Shown here piece by piece: positions 48,501-61,900 of a stretch of 64,000 bases of DNA. Each line of letters begins with the position of its first letter. The stretch's first letter is position 1. Location: positions 1,488,001 through 1,552,000 of the forward strand of contig CM097885.1 of NCBI GenBank assembly GCA_044892525.1. The letters are read 5' to 3'. This DNA comes from Schmidtea polychroa (lineage: Eukaryota). The notes under the pieces were generated by a model. The model was not told the origin of the DNA, did no database searches, and saw only the letters and a program-made list of their open reading frames with translations. Made by a program: the position numbers and the translations under genes.

Positions 48501-49960
48501 ATATATGGGAGTCACATTCACAAATATACAATATTTACACCACAAAATATATATGGGAGTCACATTCACAAATATATATGGGAGTCACATTCACAAATAT
48601 ATATGGGAGTCACATTCACAAATATATATGGGAGTCACATTCACAAATATACAATATTTACACCACAAAATAAATATGGGAGTCACATTCACAAATATAC
48701 AATATTTACACCACAAAATATATATGGGAGTCACATTCACAAATATATATGGGAGTCACATTCACAAATATATATGGGAGTCACATTCACAAATATACAA
48801 TATTTACACCACAAAATATATATGGGAGTCACATTCACAAATATATATGGGAGTCACATTCACAAATATATATGGGAGTCACATTCACAAATATACAATA
48901 TTTACACCACAAAATAAATATGGGAGTCACATTCACAAATATACAATATTTACACCACAAAATATATATGGGAGTCACATTCACAAATATATATGGGAGT
49001 CACATTCACAAATATACAATATTTACACCACAAAATATATATGGGAGTCACATTCACAAATATATATGGGAGTCACATTCACAAATATATATGGGAGTCA
49101 CATTCACAAATATATATGGGAGTCACATTCACAAATATATATGGGAGTCACATTCACAAATATACAATATTTACACCACAAAATATATATGGGAGTCACA
49201 TTCACAAATATATATGGGAGTCACATTCACAAATATATATGGGAGTCACATTCACATTGTTAATGGGATTAATCATATACTCTCCTCCAATCATTATCGA
49301 AGTCTCGAATTTCAATCATCATCACTCCTCGTTCTGAATATGTATATTTATAAATTAAATAAAAATACATTAATATGAAAATTATTGAAATAAAAACCTT
49401 TCATATTTGTAGAGATCAGGTAAAATGTGATAAATTGAAGACAGAATCAAATGAAATCAGGCGGTATGGGAGTAGGAAATTGGGAGGGTCGATGGAAATA
49501 ACGTTAACCATGTGAAATATTAGAATTTTTAATAACAAAATGGTTTGAAATATCCAAAATGTTTAGCAGGTTACATTTTTATCTAGCTCCTGGGTCACTA
49601 TTTGGCTTGCATTTTAACTAAGTTGCGCAAAGGTTCCAATTTACGGATATTCATTACTAATGTAAAACATCAATGATTTTGCCCTTATATTGTCAAGTAT
49701 TGGATGAGAAATTATTATTCAGTAAAACAACTTACATCCCATTTGTGAAGTTCCAAGGATCCATTCTCACCGGAGGAGATGACTCCGTCCTTCGCTACGT
49801 ATAATTTTGATATTCTTTGTGATTCCTTATATCTAAAATTAAATTTTTATTATTGCAATATATTTTAAGAAATTGATTTTCAAAATGCATCGTTGATCAA
49901 TTTTTGGAGATATTTTGGTTCAATAACGCACCATGATGAGTGCTGTAAGGAAATTATAAT
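45560..49960 (-). CDS. Probable multi-exon gene with beta-propeller-like segments; boundaries uncertain
   Basis: GT-AG-bounded open segments such as YKESQRISKLYVAKDGVISSGENGSLELHKWD, NNKEAIPSGTTEDILDFYPIKEKILICTS, FEIALRNGDIWIYKF, KVKEIKSLEGCQQIY..IYWINWE and KNRKGSVKMVKKFG. Several other segments do not splice cleanly. Confidence 0.4.
47064..47291. mobile_element. piggyBac-like MITE (220 bp)
   Basis: TTAA|CCCTTAAACC ... GGTTAAAGGG|TTAA; 9/10 TIR match with a TTAA duplication. Confidence 0.55.
47523..49257. repeat. Two-unit minisatellite: A = ATATATATGGGAGTCACATTCACAA (25 bp), B = ATATACAATATTTACACCACAA(A) (22-23 bp)
   Basis: One to four A units alternate irregularly with single B units over ~1.7 kb. 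Confidence 0.95.
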
Positions 49961-51159
49961 ATTGATTTTTAGGTGCATTAGCAAAGCTGTGAAGTGCAAA
50001 TGTTACCTATAATCAGTCGCAAAGAATTTCTCCTGACTTTAGTCAATGTCTCATATCCGCCGATCCTTTGCAAATAATTATTTTAGGAAATTAAAACAAA
50101 AAACCAAACAGCAACAAACAGTCGGTTATAAAAAAACGAAACCAATGAAAATAATGATAAATGATTGTTACATGGTGGAATTAGTAGCAGTTGCGGATTA
50201 ACGGGCGGGTTGACCATGGCGCCAGAGTTAGAGGAGCTCCAAAATAAGAATGGGGAAATACAAATAAATTCATATCAATGATTTATAAAATAAAGGTCTT
50301 TTATCTTCTGAAAAATAAACTGTAACCAAAGAATGTGAAATGAAACTATACAAAAATACAGATTCGCCGTTAAAAATATTACAATTTTTAAAAACCACCA
50401 ATTTACAGAATACAGTAATGAGTGGCGTCAAGAATTTGGCTTACCATTCCTATTACGGTCGCTACCGCAGAAAGACGTTTTAGTAAATTGAATCTTATAA
50501 AAATATATTTACGGCCAACAATGAGTAATGAAAGATAAAATTCCCTATCGTTATTATCAATTGAAAATGAAGTTGCCCAAAAGGTGGATATAAGTGAACG
50601 AATCAAATTATTTGCAGATTTAAAATCAAGAAAAAAATGTTTTTGAATAAATGAATTATTATTACCTGCTTATTATTGCTGAGCAATAACTCAATGTAAC
50701 TGTAAATAATTGTAATTATTACGTTTTTAATTTTTCTTATTTTTGTGAATAAAATTTGATTTTTTATTAGTTTTTTTACATCAACCAATTTTTGAATATT
50801 GAAAATTATTAGGGAGGCAAAACAAAGAGTTCGTCCGGGGCGCAAGATTGCCATGNNNNNNNNNNNNNNNNNNNNNNNNNNNNNNNNNNNNNNNNNNNNN
50901 NNNNNNNNNNNNNNNNNNNNNNNNNNNNNNNNNNNNNNNNNNNNNNNNNNNNNNNNNNNNNNNNNNNNNNNNNNNNNNNNNNNNNNNNNNNNNNNNNNNN
51001 NNNNNNNNNNNNNNNNATACTTATTAATAAAAAGATTTAAGGATTTTGAATAATAAAATTTAAAAGAAATTAATTTAAGCTAAAATAAGTTGATGTAATT
51101 AAGTAAAATTGCACTTCATAACGATCGCAATTTCTATTATAAAATATAATTAATAAAAT

Positions 51160-51754
51160 TTACCCGTTATCGGTTAAATCTATTATTTCATATTCATTTA
51201 ACTTTCTTCTTTTTGGTGATGGCGATTCAATTCTAAGTGATATTGATGATCGATAATATATACACACACATATATATATATATACAAACATACATAATAA
51301 TATCATCCAATGATTCGCCTGATAATTCCCCAATTGGAATATGATTGTGTGCAACATTCTCAATGATCTCAATCAAATGTGATTGACTTGTTGATTCTTG
51401 TTTGGCAAGTTTCCTTTCATTCAAATCTCGGATTTCTAAAAATATTAAATGTATAATAGAAAACATTTATATTACCTTGGTTAATTTTTCTTTTCTTGAG
51501 TTCTACATCCATCTTGATTTCTTCAAACTAGATATAAATAATAGAAAATGTTGAGAAATTAATTTTACTTTAGAAAGCATTTGCTGTTGTTCATGATGTC
51601 TATGTGTTAATTGTTCAATTAAATTTATTGATTTATTAATTTCATCTTTTTGAATAGATATTTTATCCATTATTTTTTTTTCTTTTTTAACAACTTCAAT
51701 TAAATTATGCAATAACATTTCCATTTCTTCTGATTCCTGTTGAGACATTGGCAA
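51160..51754 (-). CDS. Small 4-exon coiled-coil protein with an NLS-like PKRRK and a SIM-like IIDLT C-terminus
   Basis: Exons MPMSQQ..MLSK | FEEIKMDVELKKRKINQ | EIRDL..DDII | IESPSPKRRKLNEYEIIDLTDNG* join in frame through three short GT-AG introns. Divergent from WDHD1 across ~1 kb. Confidence 0.65.
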
Positions 51755-52784
51755 TTTTTTAAATCTATTTTAAAGTGATTTTTCAAACTAATTTAATTTT
51801 TAATATTAAATTATTTAGAAAAATTCGGTTTTAATTTAAATTTAGGTCAATTGTTTAAACATTTTGATATTTTTTCATGTAGTTTCAGTATTTTTTATTT
51901 AAATATATTATTATATAGATTTTTATATTTTTTTTAAAATTTGTACAATAAAAGGCGCTCTTTTTGACACTGCTAATTATTTATTGGTAAAAAAATAAAT
52001 AAATAATTATAATAATAATAGCGATTTAGTTGCAATATTGGACTAATCTAACCATTTCTTATATAATAATGCGTTAGTTATTAAATTTATATTTTGTAAA
52101 TACCGACAATGTGGGAAACGAACAAAATGAATGAAACATAAACAGGTGATGTAATTGTAATATGAGATTTGCTTGACCTGACAATTATGCTGAATTACAT
52201 AACATCTGGGATTTTGCTTCTTGAATAATTGCCCCCCCCCCCCCCATATTATATAACGGTGTATTATTGATATCAATAATAAATGGTCTGTTGCAGATAA
52301 TAATATTATTAATAAAATATATTAAATTGATGTCTTCATAATTCACATTTCCATTGTTATTTCTAGTATAAGCAATATTTGTACGATTCAAGTTTTGTCT
52401 TGTTTTAGTTTACTATATATTTGTCATATAGGTCATCTGTGATTTGTCCCTAGGACTCTTTGAAATTTAAATAACCCAATTCCAAAATCATCCCATAATG
52501 ATAAACACAATGGGAACTTTATAAATCGCTTTAATGGTTGGTTAATGGTTGACATTTGTGAATATATTTGTAAAATGTTCTATAAAATTTTTATTCATAA
52601 TATTATAAAATGAAATTAAACATAATTAATTTAAAATATTAATTTATAATTAGAATAAATATATTATTATTAAAAAATGAGAAGTCACATAATTTTGATT
52701 ACAAATTATTTTAGTAAAACTGTAAATGAAGTTATTGTTTAAATAATTAAAATTTAAATTCTTTTAAAAAAAATCAAATTTAAC

Positions 52785-55700
52785 ATGTCTACTGTAATTA
52801 AAAAATTACATCAAAACGGGAAAACTATATTTGATTATGACGAATATTTTAAGTAATTTTTATTAATTTTTAATTTTCTATTAATTTTGTAATTGTTAGA
52901 TATATAGTAAGTGCTGGCGTTGATGGGGAAATCAAAGTTTGGTCTCTATCTAAAAATGAAATTGTTATTACTTATTCTCAGAAAATCGGAATAAATTGCA
53001 TTGCGGTTGAAGTAATAATTTTTTTGATTTTTATTTCGTTTTCAAATTCCGAATTTAAGAATGAAAGATTTTATTTTAATTCGGGAAATCGTATAGAAAT
53101 GCTTTCTATTTCAAACCCATCAGCAAATGAGTCGACTTTAGCTAGTTTCACTGGTAATGTTAATGACATACAATTGAATAAGAGCAAAACGAAACTTGTC
53201 GCATGCAGTGATGATTGCCATATTAAATTAATAAATTTAAATTCTAATCATTTGAAACGCGAAATCTCATTTGTCGGTCACAAAGGCGCAGTTTGCAATG
53301 TTTCAATTAATTGCGATGATAATTATGTTGGTTCAATTAGTTGCGATGGGTTTCTAATAATTTGGGATGCTAATAAGGCGACAAAATTGAAATCATTACC
53401 AATAGTTGAGAAGTGTGCCGGGATTTCTCAAATGAAGAAAAAGTATCGATTGAAATGGCATCCGAATGAATCTAAAGTAATCAAATTGAATAATGATAAT
53501 GATTAATTGATATGAAATATTTATATAGGTGCTTGCAATTACCATGGGAAACGAGATCAAATTTGTCAAGGGCGACGATTTCAATATCGATTCAGCTTTG
53601 TTATGTAAGCAAGGCGAATTAAGCGATTTAGCTTTCAATGCTGATGGCAATCTGTTGGCTTGCGCCACTCGGGCTGGTTGGATTTGTATTTGGGATATGA
53701 GGACGGAGGATTTGTTGGTGAGGTGGGATTGATGGTGATTATTGATTGCTATTATTCATTATTGATCAGCTGGGAGAGCGCGAGGGGGTCTGAGATAGCC
53801 AATATCAAATGGCCAATAGCAGCAGCAACAGCAGGGGGAGCATTGGATGATTGCTGTTGTAATATTATCTTTTCTGATTTCACTGGCTGCTGGGAAACGG
53901 TGCAAATGAAGGCAGTAGCGGCGGCGGTTGCGATGGCGTCACCAGTGAGATTCCCATGCGATATCGATGCGGATATAGATATGGATGAGAATCCGATCAA
54001 TTACCAGCCAATAGCAGCAGCAATCCCCAGACAGCCAATAGCAACCGCAGGTGCAACGGCATCCACCAGACAGCGTGACAAGCAAGCAATAACAACAACA
54101 GCAATCCCCCGGCAGCCAAAAGCATCACCAATAGCAACAGCATTCACCAGACAGCCAATAGCAACAGCATCCACCAAACAGCCAATATCAGCATCACCAA
54201 TAGCAACAGCATTCACCAGACAGCGTGACAAGCAACCAATAGCAGCAGCAGCAATCCCTAGGCAGCCAATAGAAACGACAGCAAACCCCAGGCAACCAAT
54301 AGCAACAGCAGGAGCAGCAGCAATCCCCAGGCAGCCAATAGCAGCAGCAACAGCAATAGCAACGGCATCCACCAGGCAGCGTGGCAAGAAACCAATAGCA
54401 GCAGCAGCAATCCCCCGACAGCCAATAGCATCACCAATAGCAACGACAGCAAACCCCAGGCAACCAATAGCAACGACAGCAAACCCCAGGCAGCCAATAG
54501 CAATGACAGCAAACCCCAGGCAGCCAATAACATCACCAATAGCAACAGTAATCACCAGACAGCGTGACAGACAGCCTCATCAGCCAATCAGGCCAACCTG
54601 GTGCCCCAGGAGGGGAAACCGCCAGATATTGATGTGGAACCCGATTGCGGCTCTCAAACATCAATTTGACAATGATTATGGCTATGGTGATTTCCTGGAG
54701 GTGGATTTCCAGGATCGGGGGGTGAATACCAAGCTTATCTATCTGCACAGCGCGCTGAGATATGAGCTGGGTGACGTGAATCGGCACGCGTTGCTGTTGG
54801 TGTCACGGCAATTTGCTGAGGGAGGCGGTAACTGGTGGGCCAGGCATGGTGCCAGTGGTGACAGTAGTAGCAGTGAGGATGAGGAGGAGCACATAGAACC
54901 TGCACTGGTGCGTGTCGTGCCGCTGGGCAACAGCTCATGGAGCGAATGGCATATCACATTGCCACGCACCAGCCGAGAGAAGGTGATTGGCTGCTGCCTA
55001 GTGGGGCAGATATATGCGATGGTAATGACCCAGAAATGCGTGCGGTACTTCATGGCCAATGCTGGGGGCATCCAGGCATATGTGGAATCGATTCATGGCA
55101 ACCCTGTGGCTCTGGCATCCTCATCTAGCTACCTGATGAGCCCCCACCGGCCCTGCGATGATATCATACGGGTTGTCATGGTGACAGATGATGGCAGCAA
55201 GCTGGTGTGGCGCATTGACATATTCCGTGCATCAGACCGGCCAATCAAATGGGCGCACACAGGCAACTGGCAAGCAATCGTTGCTACAACTGAATGGCAT
55301 CCAATGCCCGTGCGGACATTGAAATGGATTGGGTAAATTGGTTTATTGATTGTCGCGTTATTGATTGATGGATTGATTGCTATTCAGATTCTCGGATTCA
55401 GGGGCGATGTTCACCGTGGACAGTAGGCAGTCAGTGCTACGGCTGCACCTGGAGATTGGCGTAGCGGGCCAATTGCTTTGCCAGCCCCGGTGGGTTCCCG
55501 TGCTCAACCTGAGGACCGCAATGCCCGCCGATATTCGCAATGCCGATCGATATTTCCCAATCGGTGCGCTGGACCGCGCTGACCGGTGCTGCTTCCTTGC
55601 TGTCCATTGCCGCAACTCCCGCTATCCAATCGTATCGCCTTGGCAATCCCTATCAACTATCCCGTTCCAATTGCCGCTCTGTGGAGCCTTCAAATCCCCG

Positions 55701-57888
55701 CTGAGTGAACTCGAGGCAATTATATATATCATTATCATTATCATCCTCATCATCATTCAGAACGGACTCATTGTCAACCAATTGATATCCAATTGGGCAG
55801 ATCCGGCTGGCATCAACAAGCTCAAGCTCAATGAAAAGGATTTGCTGTTGAAATTATTTGCGGTAAATCTTGGTTGTTTCACACTCAATGATGATATCGA
55901 GCATAATAATGGGTTACTAAGGGTCACGGGGTTACGCAATGGTGCACCTGGGTCAGGGTAACACAATATCGCTTTGCGATTTCATCACAGCTTATATTTC
56001 ATTTATTTAATCATATTTCCATAATATCATTATATAATTACCAACAGAATTAGGTAGAATTGTTTTGCACAATTTTTGCACTCCATGGGACTATATCGCA
56101 CTCTATATCAATATATTGCACCATATGGCACTCTATCAATATATGGCACTCTATATCAATATATTGCACTTTATGGAACTATATCAATATATTGCACCGT
56201 ATGGCACTATATCAATATATGGCACTTTATATCAATATATGGCACTTTATATCAATATATTGCACTTTATGGCACTCTTTATCAATATATTGCACTTTAT
56301 GGAACTATATCAATATATTGCACCGTATGGCACTCTATATCAATATATTGCACTTTATGGCACTTTATATCAATATATTGCACTTTATGGCACTCTATAT
56401 CAATATATTGCACTTTATGGCACTCTATATCAATATATTGCACTTTTTGGAACTATATCAATATATTGCACCGTATGGCACTCTATATCAATATATGGCA
56501 CTTTATATCAATATATTGCACTTTATGGCACTCTATATCAATATATTGCACTTTATGGCACTCTATATCAATATATTGCACTTTATGGAACTATATCAAT
56601 ATATTGCACCGTATGGCACTCTATATCAATATATTGCACTTTATGGCACTTTATATCAATATATTGCACTATATGGCACTCTATATCAATATATTGCACT
56701 TTATATCAATATATTGCACTTTATGGCACTATATCAATGTATGGCACTCTATATCAATATATTGCACTTTATGGCACTATATCAATATATTGCACCGTAT
56801 GGCACTCTATATCAATATATTGCACTATTATTTATTATTATTGTTATTATTAAAGAAATGATTAACCGATATTGCATAAGATAAATTGCCATTGGCTGTC
56901 AATATAATAGTTATGACAACATTGAATTTCTCTCACAATTAGAATGCCATCGAGCGGAATCAAGATTGGCTGGCATTTGAAATGGCTAAATTTATGCCAG
57001 ATTCTAATGTGATGCAATCAGCACTGAAATGTGCAGCAATGAAGGGGAGGAAATATCTGGCTGAGAAAATGGGAGAATTGAAACATCAGCAGGTGCTGGA
57101 GGAGCAGTACTATATCTCATTGTCAGCGCCACGGGGGGCGGAACGCACAGGGACGTCACTTGTACAGCAGAAGGATCACAAGGTGTGTGTTGGTCAATCA
57201 ATTGCCAATCAGCCATTGACTGGATCAGATCAGAAATCAATTACCAATCAGCCTTTGCCTGGATCAGATCAGAAATCAATTACCAATCAGCCTTTGCCTG
57301 GATCAGATCAGAAATCAATTACCAATCAGTCATTGACTGGATCAGATCAGAAATCAATTGCCAATCAGTCATTGACTGGATCAGATCAGAAATCAATTAC
57401 CAATCAGTCATTGATTGGATCAGATCAGAAATCAATTGCCAATCAGCCATTGACTGGATCAGATCAGCAATCAATTGCCAATCAGCCATTGACTGGATCA
57501 GATCAGAAATCAATTGCCAATGCTCCACAACCATTAAAGGATGAAACACAAATTCTATTTGAGGAAGCATTTGGGGTCGATCCAAATGCGGTTGCTAGGA
57601 CTGCTCCTACGGCCTTTAAAAATCCGTTCAAAGTACAAATGGAGCTCATTTGCAAATCTAATATCTATAATTAAATATATTCAGGTCTTTTTACGGAAAC
57701 CGGTGGAACGGCGGGGCTTGCAAGTAATCGATGAAATGGTGCGGCCGGTTCCCCCTAAAAAAAGCCCTAAAAAGGATCCAAATCCCTTTGCAAAGTTTGT
57801 TCATTCACCGAACCTTCCAAAATCGAAATCCAAGAGAAAATCCACTTTTGATAATGGCTGCACTTTGGATAAATTTTTGAAGAAATAG
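52785..57888 (+). CDS. WDHD1: WD repeat and HMG-box DNA-binding protein 1 / AND-1 / Ctf4 (no HMG box seen)
   Basis: Exons (approx.) 52785-52852, 52900-53011, 53060-53476, 53529-53722, 53770-55332, 55388-55715, 55761-55862, 56943-57632 and 57685-57888. N-terminal WD40 repeats (IVSAGVDGEIKVW, ACSDDCHIKL, GHKGAV..DGFLIIWD), then the SepB region (QILMWNPI, WIGFSDSG..TVDS, W.PVL, YFPIG, FQLPLC) and the helical LKLFA..LAEKM segment. Confidence 0.85.
56080..56830. repeat. Intronic minisatellite, ~30-bp unit ATATCAAT-ATATTGCACTT-TATGGCACTCT with 19-bp variants
   Basis: Fills the WDHD1 intron at 55863-56942. Confidence 0.9.
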
Positions 57889-58994
57889 ATGTTATTGATT
57901 GATTTTTATTTATTGATTTTTGCTTTGATTAATTTATTGCTTTCACTGTGATTTATTTGATTGTGTAAATGCGTCGATGGAATAAGTGTAACCAAAATTC
58001 TTGGCTTCAACAAATGGACCATTTATTGATAAGTAGGTGATAAGTAGAGGTATAAGTATGTGGCATATTAAAATTAGTTATTTAAAAATATGGATTGATT
58101 GAATTGCGATATCATTATCACCTTGAGCCCAAGTTAGTTATAAAAAAAATTTACAAACTATATTGTAAAACACTGACAAGGACAAGGAGATAGGAATGAC
58201 AAGTTGCCAATGTATGAATAGAGGTCACACGGAAAACTTATGCGGAAATACTAGAAACCAAAAATTATTCTGATAGATATTTAAGGAGGATACTCAAGAA
58301 TAAGAATGATAAACAGGAATCACTCATCAGCGAATAGAATATTCTTTGTAAAAGATGAAAGTAATCATGAAGTCGGAATATTATATACTAAAGATTAAAT
58401 TATGCGTATTGATTGTAGAAATATTAAGTTATTTAAAAAGATGCGTAATTTTTATACAATTAGGCATTAATAATTTTGTCTATATAAATATTCGAATTTA
58501 GTGTATTTTTATGTAGTTTTATATTAGTAATTATATTTTTATGAAGGAATTATAGTGAAGTTAAATTATTCCAAAAATTATATAATAAACATGGAAGTAT
58601 TCTTCAATTTCAATTAGATTTAACAATTTATTTAAAATGTGATGGTTAGATTTACAAAATTATGAATTAAGTAAATGATCTAAAAAATATAGTACTAGAA
58701 AATATGTCTTTAATTAAAAATTAAATTTTTTAATCGGATATTTTAAATTATTGATACTTAAACTAGATTTTAAATTTTTATAAATGTACATTTATTTACA
58801 AAAAATTTAATAAAATTAAATAAAAATAATATTGTAATTAATGAAAATTTATGTTTTGTTTGAATATTCAAATAAAAGATATTGATAGATTTTTATATTT
58901 ATTAACAAGTTTTAAAATCTTAGTAAATTTTGATATATAAACTTATCAATTTAGTATTTCAAAATTTATAGATATTTAATTGAATTGTATATAA

Positions 58995-61900
58995 ATGGTT
59001 ATTAATATTATAAGCGGAGTTCCTGTTGATTTTCCCAATGAACCGTATCCGACGCAATTTTTTATGATGAATCGAGTAATAATTATGAATATAATAATAT
59101 TGTATTTAAAATATCTAGATAATAAATACGTTGATTAAAGGCCATAATTGCTTGTTGGAGTTGCCCACAGGTAGTGGGAAAACTATGGGATTATTATGTT
59201 CGACTTTGGCATGGTTTAAAAATGGCGCCTTAGCAGGTAATATATTTTTGTATTTGTGCTCGCGCATTATTGCCACATATTTAGTTGATCCATCCACTGG
59301 AAACCAGACCCAAATGTAAATTATTATTTAACCATTTGGTCACTCAATGCAATTATAGAATAACGAAGATTTTCTATGGAACGCGGACTCACAAGCAGAT
59401 CCAACAGGTCGTGCGGGAGCTCAATAAAACTGCTTATCGCAATGTCAAGTAAATGAATGATTTTTCTATGATTAATACTGAGGTATACGAATGAGGAGTA
59501 AGGGAATATGATGATGAGCTGGGGAGCGGTAGGGGGGGGGTAAATGAATAAATGAAGTGCGTTTGGTCATCAGAATTAATGAAATCATTGAAACTGGTGG
59601 AATAAATGATATAATATATTAATTTATTTATCAGCCAATCATAATGCAGCATTTCATTATTTAATTGTTTTACACCAATCAGTGATCATTTCATTCCTTT
59701 CCTTTCTTTCTGTTGTTAGCTATTGAATTCCCTGATAATTGTTGATTATATTTGATTACATTTGATAATATTTGATTATATATTGATTATATATTGATAA
59801 TATTTGATTATATATTGATAATTTTTGATTATATTTTGATTATGTTTGATTATATATTGATTATATATGATTATATATTGATTATATATTGATCATATTG
59901 ATTATATTTGAATATATATTGATTATATATTTATAATATTTGATTATATATTTATAATATTTGATTATATATTGATAATATTTGATAATATTTGATTATA
60001 TATTGATAATAATCTAGAATGGATATCTTAGCGGGTAGAAATCAAACGTGCCTGAATGAAGAAGTGAAAAGGAAGCCAGATATCAATCAGGGCTGTAGAG
60101 ATGCATGCAGAGTAATTGATATATATATATATATATATTTGTGTGTGTGTGTATGTGTGTGTGAGTAACATTTACTATCAATTGATTCATTCAGAAATCC
60201 GATGAGACCATGCAATGCATATATCGCAAGAAAGGAAGCATTAAAGCGATGGAAAATGTGAGATAATAGCAACTGTGTATACCGTATATAAATATATATA
60301 TATATATCTGTTAGCGGCCCCTTATATCTGGAACATGGGATCTCACCGCTAAGAAGGAGGAGTTGAAGCGTGTATATTCATATATTGATTGATTATGCCA
60401 ATTAATTATCCCCTCCCCCCTCCCCATTAGATCAATTGCTGCCCATATTATCAAATGAAATATTGGGTCAGTCCTGCCGATATCATATTCTGTCCTTACA
60501 ATTATATTCTCAATCCATTTATCCGCCGCGCAGTCAGTTATTATTCATTCCATTTATTATCATCATCATCACCTCTATCTCTCTCCCACCCCTCTCATCT
60601 AGCTCAAGATCGACCTGAAACGAGCAGTTCTCATACTGGATGAGGCCCATAACATCGAGGAAATATGTAGAGAAAGCACATCACTCGTTATCACCGCTCC
60701 AGAAATTGAATTATGCCTCATCCAGTTGCGTTTGATTGGTTAGTTTTCTATTGATTTGTTGCTACGATTTAGGCCGTTCTGATTGGTTGCAGCTCTGTTT
60801 CCGTTGCATTCTCATTGGTCCGTTCCTATATATATATATATATATATAATTAATGTTTTTTATTTTTCCTGCTGGCCCGCACCGCCCCCCCCCCCTGATA
60901 TACTCATATGGAATAATCTAACCGTTACCGCTGCATTTATTCATTGCAGATAAGGAGAACGCCGGCAGCCCTTTCATCCCTCAATTGATCAAGATGGTAA
61001 CAATCAATATTTATCATCCGGATGACGTCATTCATTCTCTCTAGTTGGTTTCGTTGCAAGCTGTCATCAAGATTCTGGGCGAGAAAACATTCCAGGACGG
61101 AGACAATGTTCTAGAGCGGTGCTGGGATTCCAGGGATTTCATAGCATTGCTGGGAATGAACAATATGGCTAGGGGGGACATCAAGGGTTACCAAGTGAGA
61201 TTTAGTGAGATTATTATTTGTATGTATTATTTGGCATTGCTAGGATAGCTTGATTGCTCTGAATGAGTTCCTGCGCACCTGCAATCAGCAGGTCAAGGTT
61301 AGGGATATTGAGGACTGTCATTTGGCTCCATGTGGTGATGCCCATTCCAGTTGCCATGGTGATGATATCAATGCTGGTGATGGCCATTCCAGTTGCCATG
61401 GTGATGATATCAATGCTGGTGATGGCCATTCCAGTTGCCACGGTGATGATATCATTGCTAGTGACGGCCATTCCAGTTGCCATGGTGATAGAGATCAAGT
61501 AGAGATAAGGAACGAGGCGACACCAAGCCAGAAAACAAAGCAATCAAGTGAAACTCTGCAGCATTTCTTTGTCAGTATGGAATCGATAAATATGATGGAA
61601 ACATTTCTCATGATTTGCCAACTGATTCATGATGAGGAGCGCAACTGTCACGATGATTTCAATGTTATCATAACGGAGGATCCGCGCAAACGAGCACATA
61701 ATAGCACAGCTGTAAGTTTGTATATATCTATCTATATTATAGTAGCGGCAGGAGGGGGGGGTATACCAGGCCAGATATCCTAGCAATATATGCATGGGTT
61801 ACCCCGGGGCCCTGTTGCGTACCGATACTATGAGTATTCCTACTTTGTTTGTTTCTGTCTTATAAATGGAATATTTTTGGCTGATTGCCTGATATATAAT

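Noticed and set aside
47505-49378. CRISPR-like array and several long ORFs (299-581 aa)
   Set aside because: There are no unique spacers, only two repeating units; the context is eukaryotic with no cas genes; the ORFs are open in all frames simply because the units lack stops.
50170-50230. Start codon and first exon (MVNPPVNPQLLLIPP) for the minus-strand beta-propeller gene
   Set aside because: It overlaps CAGTTGCGGATTAAC, which looks like a hAT-type MITE end, and it does not splice cleanly to the downstream exons.
54001-54555. Minus-strand hydrophobic 184-aa ORF (membrane-protein-like)
   Set aside because: Antisense shadow of the RQPIA coding repeat in WDHD1.
56060-56884. Three overlapping 260-270-aa ORFs
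   Set aside because: Translations of an intronic satellite lying between WDHD1 exons ending LFA and starting NAI.
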